From NCBI RefSeq assembly GCF_000143415.4, contig NW_003314263.1, positions 2,668,041-2,732,040 on the forward strand: a stretch of 64,000 nucleotides of DNA, given 5' to 3'. This document shows positions 26,152 to 43,159 of the stretch, piece after piece; position 1 is the stretch's first letter; each line of letters opens with the position of its first letter. This DNA is from Selaginella moellendorffii. Its lineage: Eukaryota; Plantae; Lycopodiophyta. Both the position numbers and the translations under genes were made by a program. Below the pieces are notes generated by a model. The model saw only the letters and a list, made by a program, of their open reading frames with translations, did not search any database and was not told the origin of the DNA.

Positions 26152-26783
26152 TCCCAGCTCTCAATCACTCCCTGGAACAAGACATTTCTCACAAGCAATT
26201 CAACGCTTTCCTTACTGGTACTATCCTCTGCCAAGTCAACCTACGTGAGGACATGCTTACCCTGTCACTCACGACGCCAAGTTGATCGATTAAATCCCTG
26301 GACGACCGAGCCAGTCGCGCAATAGTGCCAGATCGAAGCGGCGCCACTGTGGATGGAAGCGACAAGCGCGTAGCACCAGCAGGGCCCCTGCCGCTCGTAG
26401 CTGCCGGCATTGCGCTATCTCTTTCCATCCCGCCCTAGCTCAATACAAAATTCTCACTCTTGGGAACGGACGGCCTGGATTTGACTGCACGGATCGACGG
26501 CATAGAATGTACTTGATTAGAAGGGGAGAAAGAGTCAAAGCGCGAGAGTTTTGTTAGCGCGCAGTGGTCAAAAGATTGGATCGTCCTTCGCAAAGCCGCG
26601 ATTTGACTGGGCTGCGCAGTCATCTTCGTTCATTCAAATCCGGGTTCTGTGACTGGTTCTTTGCGAAAGTCCGTGCTAGAACACTAAATGCGCGAGCGGA
26701 GCTTGAAGGCCGGGTGGATTCCATCGCTTCGAGGTGCCCAAGAGGGATTTTTCGCCAGGTAGCCGGGAAGATTGATCAGGGAC

Positions 26784-31074
<4,291 letters not shown>

Positions 31075-32399
31075 TCCAGTCACATTTTTCAAATTGGACG
31101 GTAGAGATCGACAGCTTAGTTCAATGGACGGATCGGATGACACTTTCGCGAAGAACCCCAAAAAGAGGGCCATGGCTAAGCTTCGGCTGTTGTGCAGCTT
31201 CAGGGCTTGGTTAGACTGCTGTTGCTGCTGCTGTAACATACGAATTTTGTATAGGTTGAAATACATTGAGAACTTTCACTATTTTGATCTTTACAAATTT
31301 GTAAAATACATATGTGTTCATATGAAATATCATAAATCACGTAACAAATGTAGCATTCACCTCCTAATGAACAAGATCTTGCTCCTAAGACTAAAGGAGG
31401 AGTATTAATTAAAATATAACTTTTCACTTCTATTAAACATTGTAAACAACAATGGGATCACTAGAGAATCCCTTTGTTGATATTATTCTCTTGTTAAGAT
31501 TCTTTAAAGCTTACCAAGTAATTCATAAATACTATATAAAGATTGAGAGGTTAATGTATTAATGATAACAATATGAAAAAGCTCAAATTTCTCATGCTTG
31601 CAAGTAAGGTTCTTGGTGTTCAATTATACTTTCTCCCCAAAATTGAACTCTATGTCCTTAAATTCGTCACAAAGAAATGTATAAAGCTTTTATATTGAGA
31701 ATAATTATAAAGAAGTAAAAATTTGATGATTATTCTTACTGATAACATCAAGAATTCCATGACTATTGCTGGAATTAGACTTTTTTAGAGGCAGCAAAAT
31801 AACATGTGGTAATAAATTGTAACAAATTTGAAGTCAACATTTGATTGATTTTGGTAATTTTAGGTAGGAAGTGGATGAATATGATTGAACCATAAATTTT
31901 GTGGGATTTGTTGCCACAGAAAAAGCTCTGATTCTTTCATAGTTGGCCAACCAAGGAGATCAATTGTGCAGCAGTGCCATTGGACTCTAAAGTCCTTGCT
32001 AGTGCCTTTGTTCACCTAGGAGTAAGAAGAAAATCCATAAACCTAATCAAAGAAATAGATAATACTACATAATAATTGTCAAAAACAGCACTACTACATT
32101 GTTGCTAGATATTTCCCCAAGAAAAAGAGGATAAAAAAATTTGGCTCTAAATTTTTAGAATTTGCAAAATAAACTTTCATATCAAGTGTGAGGGTTTATC
32201 TTAATGGATGGATTTGACCATGCAAAGAACCCTAGAAATAGGGTATTCATATCCAATCTCTCATGAACTCTCATGAACTTTTGGCAGATTTGACTAAGAA
32301 TTAAAAATATTTGTTCATATTTTTTATTTTTAAGTATTTAGAAGTTTATAAAATGTGGAAATTCTATTCAATATAAAATATCATAGACTATCACAAAGC

Positions 32400-33680
32400 A
32401 CACCCTCACATAAGTGTTTTTATATTCCTCTTTGTTGCATATACAATTGAGTTGATAAGCAATGATTAAGAGCTGTTTCCTCTTATTAGAACACTCCTTT
32501 TTATCATCTTCATCTTCAAATCCTACAACTTTTTAATATTTTATTTATCATTGTTAGAAGATTAATTATTCTTCTTGCTTTGGTGCTTATTTTTAAGACG
32601 TGGATAATCAACTTTATATTGGTGCAATAATGATAACCTTGTTATAGTTCTTCCCAGAAAACTTTTCATACTGAAATAACCATTATGAAAACTTGTCATA
32701 TTTGTTATCATTCTTGTGTCCATGATTATCATTATAATTATTCTTGATCAAAAGACTCTTGAAACACTTGTAAGATATGTGTATATCATCGATAAACTCT
32801 TTATAAGCTAGGAATGATGTATATGTTGCCTCATCAATAAAATAATATTTATTTTGATTTGGATCTTTTATTGTAACATGGCTAATTAAGCGAGTAAACT
32901 TTTCATTGTAGTCTTTAAGCATCATTTTCCCTATTAGAAGTGTCAAAGTTCTATATAAGCATTCTCTATATTATAGTGCAAAGTAAAATATAAATGAAAA
33001 GCAATCTCACATTTATCTATGGTAGGCTGTAATCCATCTTATCCCTTATGCACCATCATAATGCCTATTGTCAATTAGATAATAGGTAATTACTTAATGA
33101 GATAAGTTTTTTAATCCTTATATATCCTTTAAGGTTTTAAAAATTTACGGTGGGTATGGAAATCTCATCTCATGATCACATATACTATGGTTTTATGTGC
33201 AACATAAACCAATTCTACCATCAAAAGCCAAACAACAAAAAACTTCTTTATATTGACTAATTAAGCCAAATACTCATTCACACCACTATTATTAGAAAAA
33301 ATTAGAATCTTAAATTAATCCACCAAGGAAGCCTTGTCTAAAACACTACCACCTATAGCCTTAGATGGTTTGACATGTCCACATATTGTAGTAAATGTGC
33401 TATGCATCTTTGTAAATAACTAAGAAGAACAATTTGAAAGATGATTAATTAAAATTGAAATATCAAAGAAAATTGAATAAGCTTTTTCCAATTAGTTAAA
33501 GGTATTAAAATATTTAGGGTAAATATCTTTAAGTTTAAGTAAATTGGGTTATGTGACTTTTTGAAAAGTTTAAATTCAAGAGCTTAAGTGTGACTGTTTG
33601 ATGTTTGATGCTCCTCTCCACCACACCTTACTTTGACCTTTGACCCATATTGACTACATGGTCAAAGCTAATGCTTAACA
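32400..33680 (-). mobile_element. Highly decayed LTR retrotransposon remnant (LTR start plus gag-like fragment)
   Basis: The minus strand from 33680 (TGTTAAGCATT...TTGACCATGTAGTCAATATGG) resembles the LTR start at 51327 (TGTTAGGCATTTTGACCATATGGTCAATGTTGG). ORF 32683-32946 has a gag-like LKDYNEKFTRLI...YYFI. Very AT-rich. Confidence 0.45.
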
Positions 33681-34289
33681 CTTTGAGCTTGTGTTGGAGA
33701 GGCTGACATGATCTTCACTTTCATAGGTTCTAGCCAGCTTTTCTTCATCAAGGGGCTTTTCCTCTACCTTCTAGTAGTGGAATTTACTATATTATTAGAG
33801 CTTGTATGAAAGAGCACAATCAACTACTCAAGGTTCTCTTACCACCTCTTTTCCTAGTTTGCTGCCACCACTTCCTTGTTATCATGTATGTTGAAAAATT
33901 TAGAGGATAAAGTTCAAGATAAAGAGAACTCTCTCCACATGCTGCCAATCATGAAGTTATGAGCTTTTGAGTCAGCAAAGCAAGACTAAGAAATTGTATC
34001 AAAAGATGAGGAAAAATACCTTGGACAACATGAAGTTCCTCAAATGAACAAATACTTTAAATGGGTTGTAGAGGCATTTAAAATGGGATGGCATTGAGAA
34101 AGGATGTTAATCTCTACCAATATATCCTTATCCAGTTTGCACACTAGAGATTTAACTTTGGTTTGTATTAGCAATAAACAAGATTCTTGAATTAGAGAAT
34201 ATACTTAAAATTCTTAAATATTCTAGGCATATTCGCTACTCAGTACTTTACCATCTCAACAAACACAGCTCTCTCTTTTCTCCATTACT

Positions 34290-36136
34290 TCAAATTAACC
34301 GTTGTCGCATGGTTTCTAGCACCATATCGTTCCAAGTATCCACCGGCCCAGGGATACACCAATGCAGGCAGTCGTTCTGGACGTGGCCCACAAACTCCTT
34401 GGAGAAAGGCTGGAAGTTCCTGTACGGCCCGGGGTGGCCATCCGGTCGGAGGTACGATATCTGTGTTACGTCCACCATGGCCACCCGGTCGGGCCGCTCC
34501 AGACAGTCATACACCTCCCGTTGGATCCTGTGCATCTCGAACGTCAAACTGTCCGTTGGGATCGTGCGGTTGGGATGGAACGGCACAGTCCTCTTGCAGC
34601 TCCCGCCGTTATCCCACCGTCCATCCTCGAAGTGGTCGGGGGAGAAGCTCCGGAGGATGGCCAGGCCTTTGAATCCCTGGAGTTTTGGGAGCTCGACCAG
34701 GACGTGTTTGAGGATCTCGCGATACGCGAAGTAGAAGCCCAGATTTGTGATGTTGAATCCGGGGCAGTGGTGGCAGCCGATGAGCGTGTTGTTTTGGAAG
34801 AAGAGGTTGTTCTTGAAGAACCACTGCCCCGAGGAGAGGATGAGGACGTCGAATTGGGTGATGTTTGCGAGCCAGACGGGGTCGAGCTTGTCCAGGAAGA
34901 GCTTGCTGTGGCCCTTTTCGATGCCGTGGGATTCGTCGTCGGTCTGGAAGGCGAGGTATGGCGACCAGAATGTGGACACGGTGAAATTGTTTGATGGGAA
35001 CCACCATCTTACGTGCCTATCTCCCTCATCGGTGTATGTCTTGATCGGCTTCTCGATCTGAGAGGTGGAAAAGGAAAGTTAGCAAACTTCGATCCGGCAT
35101 GAAACTTATGATGAAAACTTGGCGTTTCCAGGAAAACATGAACAAGTTATAAAAACATAAAGAAAGCTAGTGATACGAATAAAATATAAACGATGTCCAA
35201 GAAGGAACTTAGGTAGTTTGTAGACCACTACAATACAAAGAAAAGATGATATAGTGAAAACGGGACTAGGCAAGCTGGGGATGAAGATGCCCAAGTTCTC
35301 CATCAAACCAAGAAGCATAGTACTCAACAACAAAGGAACACACAATGAGGACTTATGCCAAACAACGAAAATGGCTAAGTTTTTGGATCACTTAAATCAT
35401 GAAAGAGGAAATAACCGAAAGAACCAAGAACAACTTCACAGGACATGCTGAAAACTAAAGCTAACGAATGGAGCCTTCTAGGACAAGAACTAGCTTGGAA
35501 GACTTGCCTGAGAGAGCGTGCAAAGCAGTGCTTGCATATGGTTTCGAGCGATGGAATCACCGACAAATGCCATGAGCTTCCCTCTCATGAGCTCGATGAA
35601 GAGCGTAGTGTTGAATCGAGGCAACTCGCAGTCATCTGGCTTCCATCTCCAAAACATATACCCGTTGTCTGGCCGACCATTCTTCAAACAATTCTGGTGT
35701 CCTTGGATGTGATTACATGTCTCGTTCGAGTACGTTGGCCCGACCTCGTCAGGGATCCATTCGCCCTGGAGGAGATCACAGCCTCCTAAAATCAAAGAAC
35801 TTAGATACCACGCTAGAAAAGATGGAAAAACGCTCTAACTTAGAAGTAAAGTATAGTCGAGTTACCTGATCGATGCGAAGGAAGTGCGCTGAGATTCACG
35901 GACTGGATCATTTGCTGGAGCTCCGCCGAGAGATTTCGATCCCCTCCCATGCGCTCCGGGTAGACATGGAAGAGTGACAGCCTCACGAGCGCCAGAGGAA
36001 GAAGAACCATCAAAGCCCAGACTAAAACCAGCCTCTTGTGATGGAGGAGCTTGGCATTGCTTACTGGCGCAGAGATCCCATCGTGGCCATATCCACTCGA
36101 ATCGGGCGAGCCGGGATCCAGCCTCTGTACGGTCAT
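34290..36136 (-). CDS. Trichome-birefringence-like (TBL/DUF231) polysaccharide O-acetyltransferase, TBL23-27 type (mannan/xyloglucan); 3 exons (36136-35866, 35785-35508, 35057-34290)
   Basis: Type II TM; GCDLLQGEWIPD...QNCLKNGRPD..Y..WRWKP..C.LPRF; FVGDSIARN (GDS); RPDGHPGPYR..QPF....VQNDCLHWCIPGPVDTWN (DxxH). Confidence 0.93.
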
Positions 36137-36950
36137 CTCTCTCGAAACTCGACAGTCATTCACAGATCCGGGCAGCTCAAATCTGTGTTTTGGAGTCTGG
36201 AACCAGTTCCAGGAACCCAATGCCAGAATCTAGGAGCCCACATTGCCCGATTTCGTCGATTTTGCGAGTGGCAAGAACCCACCAGACCCCTGCCCCCAAG
36301 AGAACCGGTGGGCAATGCGCAATGGAAGCGGTCGCAAAGACAATGACCTACCAGAGTGTCAAAGGAAATCTAGCAAATGAGCACACTCATCACTTGCCTA
36401 CCAACAACGAATGCGACCAAAAAGGAAAAAAGGATGAATCCTTTGCTAATTTACCTCTGGAGAGGGGCCTCGAATGGATCCAGCCCTTTGATGGATCCGA
36501 TAACTACTGTTGCTTCCTTCCACGAAGCGATGCCGCTTTTTAATTTCGTTTATTCAATCTTTGTCAAATTTTCACCATAGCCATGCTTGTGTCAGAAGTG
36601 CGTAACAACAGGTTGTCCTGTGGCGAATCATAATCCAATCAGCATTGTACAGGAAAATCGAACAAAACATTTTCTCAAAGCAAGAGGACAATACGTCGGT
36701 GCTGGTTTAACGGTTAAATTCTAAATTAGTGGTGTTGACCGTTGAAAGTTGTGTTTGGTTAAATATAATTTGAGTCAATTTTACAAATCATCTTAAGACC
36801 ATGAATTTAAATTTTCATTTTAATTACGATGTTTTTATCACTTATCATAGATTAATGGAAGTTTAAACTTTAAACACGTTTATAAATTATATCACCATAG
36901 TTTTTGGTAAGTTTGCTTTATTCTACGAATATCCGAATAGACTAAGCCCT

Positions 36951-36959
36951 AAACCCTAA
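36951..36959 (+). promoter_or_regulatory. Telo-box (AAACCCTAA) just upstream of the 36970 ATG
   Basis: 'taagccctaaaccctaac' at ~36944-36960. This motif is typical of promoters of plant translation and ribosome-biogenesis genes. Confidence 0.6.
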
Positions 36960-36969
36960 CGACACAACA

Positions 36970-37641
36970 ATGTGGAGCAGCAGCACGCTGAGGCGCCTCG
37001 CAAGCTCAATCTCCACCGCCAAAGCTCTCGCCCACTCTTCACATTCCCCGAGGTACGTGACCCCGGCTGCGCAACGATCGCCCTCGTCCCCGCCCACGCC
37101 GTGGAGCTGGAGTTACTCCCAGCAGCGCTTCTTTGCCGCGGTGAGAACCACCAAGCGCTACCGGACCCAGAGAAGCAAGAAGAAGGCCAAGCCCGCTGGC
37201 CCGCGAAGGCTGGTTCCAGCGCCCAGCCTCCACACAAAGCCCGCAAGCTTTGTGAGGCGAGAGGGCCGGCTTACCGTCCACGAGCGCAAGCACGAGGAGT
37301 TTAAGCAGGTGCTCAGCCGCCTCGACATCAAGCAGTTTGCGTGGAAGAGCGGCGACGAGAGCGGCAAATCCAGGGAGCGAATGGAGCTCCGCAAGGCCGC
37401 CGACAACGTCAATCCCTTCGAGTGCATCCCGACTTTCCGGAAGAAGAGCGACTGTGGGCCTCCGCCTATAGCAATGAAGAAGCGTAAGGGAGCTGTGACG
37501 ATTAGCGCTGTCACGTTTGAGGAACGTACCAGGGGTGCCGGGAAGATCAAGAGCATCAAGGACCAGAAGAAGAGATTGCTCAACTTCAAGAGGCCACGGA
37601 GGCCGGCGCAGCTCAAGACTGATAAGCGAGACGAGGACTGA
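36970..37641 (+). CDS. Uncharacterised Lys/Arg-rich protein with a likely mitochondrial transit peptide (223 aa)
   Basis: ATG in 'acaacaATG' context right after a telo-box. MWSSSTLRRLASSISTAK...QQRFFAAVR has transit-peptide character. Codon usage looks gene-like. No family recognised. Confidence 0.7.
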   Translation: MWSSSTLRRLASSISTAKALAHSSHSPRYVTPAAQRSPSSPPTPWSWSYSQQRFFAAVRTTKRYRTQRSKKKAKPAGPRRLVPAPSLHTKPASFVRREGRLTVHERKHEEFKQVLSRLDIKQFAWKSGDESGKSRERMELRKAADNVNPFECIPTFRKKSDCGPPPIAMKKRKGAVTISAVTFEERTRGAGKIKSIKDQKKRLLNFKRPRRPAQLKTDKRDED

Positions 37642-37706
37642 GTGAGTGATGTAAAGAGTCGTGTTTGTTTGAAGTGGCAAAACGAGGTAAGTTCTTAGCT
37701 AACCTC

Positions 37707-40700
37707 CTAGAGTAGACTGGCGAGAGCCATGCGGAATTTTCCTATTCCAGCTCCAGACTTGGCGCTCACCATCATCTGCAATGCGAGTAAGTCAGTGATC
37801 CAACCCCCGTTAAGATGGATACGTACCACTGGTGAAACGTGGTACTTGCAGTCCTTGATAACCTGGAAAACAAGCATCAGTCCATTGCCATTACCGAGAG
37901 AAAAGAAAAAATGCGTGCCTCCTCAATCTGTGTGACTCTTCGGCCGAGATCCAGAGGCAAAACTTTGTCAGTTTTAGTCAGTACTATTTGGTATTTCCGA
38001 TTGACCCTGGAAAGAAGTTGGTCAGGCACAAGCTGAAGAAGCTGATGTGAAGTTCTTACGATTCAAGAAAATCAATAAACTCTTGGTCCTTCTGTCTTAT
38101 CCCCCATTCCGCGTCTATCAGAAGGCAGACTCTCTTCAGATGATCCCTGACAGTAATGTAATCCATATTCTGGAAACGAAGAATATCTGTCACGAGCGTA
38201 TCAACTTAAGCCAAGGGCTTACCAGTTGACGAAGATCTTGGATTTGGTCCTGTTTGCCATACATGAAGCTGTAGCCAGGCATGTCGACCAGACATAACTT
38301 CTCACCAAGAACGTAAAAATTGATGGACTACAAACGAAAAGGACCAAAGTTTTGAGGATCGAACAGGAAAGCGATGGACACTTACATCCGTTTTCCCAGG
38401 CTTTGGCGAAGTTCGAGCTCTTCCATATTGTCTAGTCAATGCATTTATTAACTTGGATTTCCCAGAATTTGTTCTGCCTGGAATAAAAAAGAAGAAAAGA
38501 AAAAGCTGTGAGCTGTAAAGCAGCAGACAGAGATAACCTGCAAATGCGATTTCTGGCAGCTCGGCTGGTGGTATTGACGATAAAACTTTAGCTCCAGCCA
38601 CGAATACTTGCTTGTTTCTAAAAATCTGCACCGCATCCGTCAGACCAACATGCTTTTCACAAGAAACTTAAGGTCTAGAGTTAAACGAACCTACACTCTG
38701 ATGGATTCTGTATTTCTTTTCGCCTTTGTAGAATGGCACATTGTCGAGTGGAGAATAAAGTTTAACATTGTAGCCAGCTTTCCGCCATTCGTCGAGTCTC
38801 CTCTTGCCCAGCAGCTATTCCAAGTGTCAGTTTCACATTATAAAGGACAGGATCATACTTGTGAATCTATGTAGCGCATGAGCTCCCGAGACGGTTGTAT
38901 CATTCGAAATCTTGCATTGGTACCGAGCTCTTTCGGTTCTACTTTACCTGAAACGCAGCGTCTTATAAGTAATCAGAGAGAAGACTAGAGAGGCTACCTG
39001 ACGCCTTCCTTTCCTCAGGGGTTTCGTAACGTTTAGCAGTAATGTCGTCCTTGTCGATCTTCAGTACTCTCCTGATCCATGGCTTTTTCCGGGGAGTAGC
39101 CCGCTCAGACTGAAGTATCATGTGGTACTCCTCCAGAGTTTTCTCTGCAACGACAAGACGTGAAAAAAGAATGATAATGTAGACAAACGTCCAGACCTAT
39201 GATTTGCCTTTCCAGGGACAGGCCCCTTTCTTCGGGTTGATAAAGCGTTGGAGTGATAATATTACTATGAGTTTCATCCACCTGTGGACTTAGGACTATA
39301 TCTTCCTCGTCTGGACGAGTTGTAGTACGTGCTGGCCGAGTTTTCTTTGCCTTCGTAAGTCTCGGAAAGCCTAGCAACATGTTGGTACCCAAAACTCTCG
39401 ACAGTTTACGACCTGGTAACAACTTGTAAGAAGACCTCGACAATAAAATACTTATAGCATACCTTCGTCGGTGCCATCCATTGGCCTGGTCGAATCCAAG
39501 CCCCACGTCAGCTTTTCCTTCTTCTCTTCATCACTGAAAGTTTCCTCGTCGCTCATCAGATCGACTGCAAAACATTACTCAGAAGTAAAATGTGAACGAA
39601 GTGAGAGCCTTTCTACCTTTGATCTCTGCGGAAGCTGCAGGCTTGCCAATGTCCAAAATATTGGCCTTGCTTTCCTCACTTAATTGGCTGCTCTTGCGCA
39701 AGTATTTCTCGGTTTCGGTCTCGGCCTTTGGGTTCTCGGACGACTCTGATTTACTTCCGCTTGTGCCGGCTGTCGCTGTATGTCGATCACTTCTTTTTCT
39801 ATTCGCCTCGTTCTCCAAAATAAGCCCGCGAGTCAATTTTCTCTTTGCTCCTTCAACCTCTTCCTCCTCCAACACGATGCTCGACTCGTGGTACTCTTCA
39901 TCCACTAGCTTCAACAGCTCCTTTCCTTCCTCGATCATCTTCTTGGCCTTCTCTCGAATTTCCTGGGCATTGCCATCATCTTCCACAAGGTCTTCCTTGT
40001 TTCTGGCGGGCAAAAGTTTTTGGTTCTCTGCCTCGCGTTTAACTTTAAGAGCCTTCTTACGCAACCTCGCAAGAGCATCATCACCACCAGCCGGTCTAGA
40101 GCCATCGCCAGCTTCGATTTGCAAAGTCTTCGAAGCAATTTGTTCCTTCTTCTGAGCCTTCCACTCCTTATACTTCGCTGCAGCAGTCACGTCTATATCC
40201 CCATAAACCGTCGCCACCTTCTTTTGATCGCACTTTAAAGGCTGAGAGAAGTACACGGCGGCCTCTTTCTCCTCGACGTCCCTTCTCTTCTCCATCTTGT
40301 TCATCCTTGAAAAACTCTCTGACTTTTCGCGAAGCCTTCGGACAGCACCCGAGTCGGTCGGAAGACTCTTCTTTAACAGCTCTTCCTTGAGCTCGGGATT
40401 TAGAGCTAGCTTCATCTTCAACTCCTTCCTTTGACGACGTTCCTCCAGCTTTTCCAGCCTGATCTTTCGTGGAATTCTCTTGGGCGTGCCATACTTTTGT
40501 ACCATGGTTTTCCTGTCTCTCCCGAGAAGCTTGCCAGAATCCAGCATTCGCAGCGATCCCTCCGGCCCAGGCGGACGGGGAGTTCCATCCTTCCAAGTTC
40601 TCATGCGCTCACCTTTCCTTAACAATCGCCGAGACTCCCTCGAAAGCCCGATGCTCTTCCGTGGCGCCGGTCGTGCTGCTGGCTTCTCCTCGCCCTCGGC

Positions 40701-40981
40701 AGGCTTGACCTTGTGCCTTCTCGGCCTTAGCGTCCGCTGCGCAGCTCGAGCAGCGGCCGTCTCCCGATCGATCCACACATTGGCGACGCCGAAGCCCCGG
40801 ACTTGAAATATTTCGAAGCTCCTGCGAGGGTGAAACTCGATCCAAGAACAATGCAGGAGCTCAGCTATTACCTCGTGAGCGGATTCCGATGTGAATCGAT
40901 CGATCGCGTTGCCGCATCGCGAGGAAACGCCGGCCCGCCGGAGCGCCATCGCCAGGCGCTCCACAATGCGCGCCTCAACAT
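37707..40981 (-). CDS. Mitochondrial EngB/YihA-family GTPase with a very long charged N-terminal extension; multi-exon
   Basis: Reconstructed start MLRRALWSAWRWRS (ATG 40981, 50-bp intron 40822-40871). The GTPase domain reads LPEIAFAGRTNSGKS (G1), KPGKT (G2), LVDMPGY (G3), LKRVCLLIDAEWG, VLTKTD (G4), MMVSAKSGAGI. Stop at 37707. Confidence 0.85.
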
Positions 40982-40984
40982 CTA

Positions 40985-41004
40985 AAGCCCTAAACCCTAA
41001 ACCC
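40985..41004. promoter_or_regulatory. Tandem telo-boxes between WDR83 and the EngB gene
   Basis: 'aagccctaaaccctaaaccc', 4-23 bp upstream of the proposed EngB ATG. Confidence 0.6.
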
Positions 41005-41113
41005 CATGCCAGAAACCCCAGGATTCGAACAAGGGACGTGTAGTAAAACAAAAAGTTTACATTTGAGAAAAAATGTCCTGTAAAAATCCAGTTTTTCACG
41101 ACTGGAGCGCTCG

Positions 41114-42379
41114 CTATGGCGTCCACACACGAACAGTCCCATCGATGGAGGACGTGACGAGCATTGGCTCGGTTTTGTGATACGCAATGCTCGTTACCTG
41201 GAAGGCGAAAGACTGTGTGTCAAGAACACGAGAGAAAAAGGATAGAATTTCCAGTTTTGCTTACTGCTGAAGCGTGCGCTTTGAAACTCGACACTACGGA
41301 TGAATCCACGAGATCCCAGTAGTAAATGCGACCGTCCTCGGAGCTACCAACAACATGAGCGTCGGTGTTTGTCAAGCAACTATCAGTTTTGTAGGACTGC
41401 GCAGAGAAACGAACTGGAATGTTAAAGAGCGAGGAGAGATTTGTGTAGTGCCTACCTTGTTGATGTGTCCTTTGTACTCTTGAAGCAAATCACCAGTTTC
41501 TCTGTGAAAAAAGCAAGGAGAGATTACAACAAAAAAGGAGTTTGTAAGCTACCTGTCAATCAGACGAAGTGTTGAATCCAAACATCCAGCCAAGGTGCAT
41601 TTTCCATCGTGCGAGAGGGTGACGCTATTTATTGGATGACCAAGATCATCTCTATACACTCTGATCACAAAGACAAAACCAAAGAAAGTGAGCCAGAATC
41701 CTTTTTGCAAGGTAACGAGCAGTACCTTCCAGCACGGATATCAAAAGTTCGAATGGATCCATCCACACTTCCAGCGATAATTTCCGTCCTTGTCATACAC
41801 AGGGAAGTCACACTGTCTGAAAATGCCTCAATCACCTGAGAGTGATACCTTAGTTGCCTTCTCGAAGAAAAAGAGAAGAAAAAAAAAGAAATACAATTTA
41901 CCTGGATCGGTTCTATGCTGTGAGATCGACAATCAAACGCTCGCACCGATCGATCATATCCTCCAGAGACAATCACCGTCGAGTTCTCACTAAACTTCAC
42001 GGTATTCACCTACACCACTGTTTCATGAGCTAGATCAACCCCCAAAAAAAGGTTTCCTCCTTTTCAGTACCTCACTGTCGTGGCCACGGAATTTACGAAT
42101 CACGCGTCCGGTGGGAACATCCCAGTAGAAGAGCTGACGATCCGCGCCGCAAGAGCAGAACTTGGAATTATCGGCGACGACGGCCACATCGCGAACCTCC
42201 CGGGCGTGCGCATTGTAGCTCTTGATCCGCAATCCCTTCTGTGGATTCCAGAGGCAGAGGACGCGATCGCGACCGCAGCTAATGCAGTAATTACCGTCGG
42301 AGTTGAATCGTACTGCCAGAACCGGACCTTCGTGGCCGCGCAGCACCACCGCCTCTCGCCTTGGCAGCTGATCCGCCAT
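41114..42379 (-). CDS. WDR83: WD repeat protein 83 / MORG1 homolog; multi-exon
   Basis: MADQLPRREAVVLRGHEGPVLAVRFNSDGNYCISCGRDR...GRVIRKFRGHDSEVN.VKF...SGGYDRSVRAFDCRSHSIEPIQ...GSVDGSIRTFDIRAG...GSSEDGRIYYWDLV...SSIDGTVRVWTP*. Telo-box-like 'aaaccctaa' lies just upstream. Confidence 0.93.
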
Positions 42380-43159
42380 AGCCAAATGTAAACCCTAAAT
42401 CCTACCTTTAGGGCATAAAGTTAAAATCTTCATATATACTTAAAATCATTAAATTTAATAATGGTAGTTCATGACTATTAGCAATATTGCATCATGAGTA
42501 TAAGGGTTTACACTAATAAACTCTATGCCTTTATGATATATATATAAAATTAAAAAGTTATGTACATTTTTCTATTGACCAAAGATGCAATAAATGTGTA
42601 TAGATGCATTTAATGCTAATCTCATAATACCCCTTCTTTTACTGCAAAAGAATAGTTAGAATCAATTGTAATTTTTTCCTTTGTTTGAGTTGATGGCATT
42701 ACCTTAATGCTTTTGTTAGTGCATTTCAAAGATACTTTTCAACTCAACTCATAGCAATTTGCATTTCTTTTTGTGAGTAGTGATGTATGTTTGTTTTTCT
42801 TTGCATTTTTGTTTTGGAGCTTGAGACATACAGATTTCTAGATTTAATCTTCATTTAGATATACATTTTTGGAAAATGGATTCTTCTTTATTATTGACAT
42901 TTTCATTTGTGGATGACATCCTTCATTTTGCATACAGGACATATGTGCCCCAGTGAGTTGCCAAACTGGTATGGTATAAATGTAAGGATGGACATATATG
43001 GTGATATAAAAAAGAGGAGAGAGAGTAGGGTCACTACCTTTATACCCTTTTTTGAAGCAAGGAAATGAAATATCTTTCCACTACCATCAATGGATTTTTT
43101 AGCTAAGGATTTTGTGTTCTTAGTGGTTATTATGTTTGATGTTTTATTCTCAATTAAAT

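Noticed and set aside
35106-35345. Hydrophobic 79-aa ORF nested in the long TBL intron
   Set aside because: Non-ATG start, T-rich intronic composition explains the hydrophobicity, and no family motif is present.
39579-41126. 515-aa ORF as a stand-alone gene starting MDAIAS
   Set aside because: Its 5' part runs through the WDR83 stop, the telo-boxes and a probable intron. It is better explained as exon 2 of the EngB gene.
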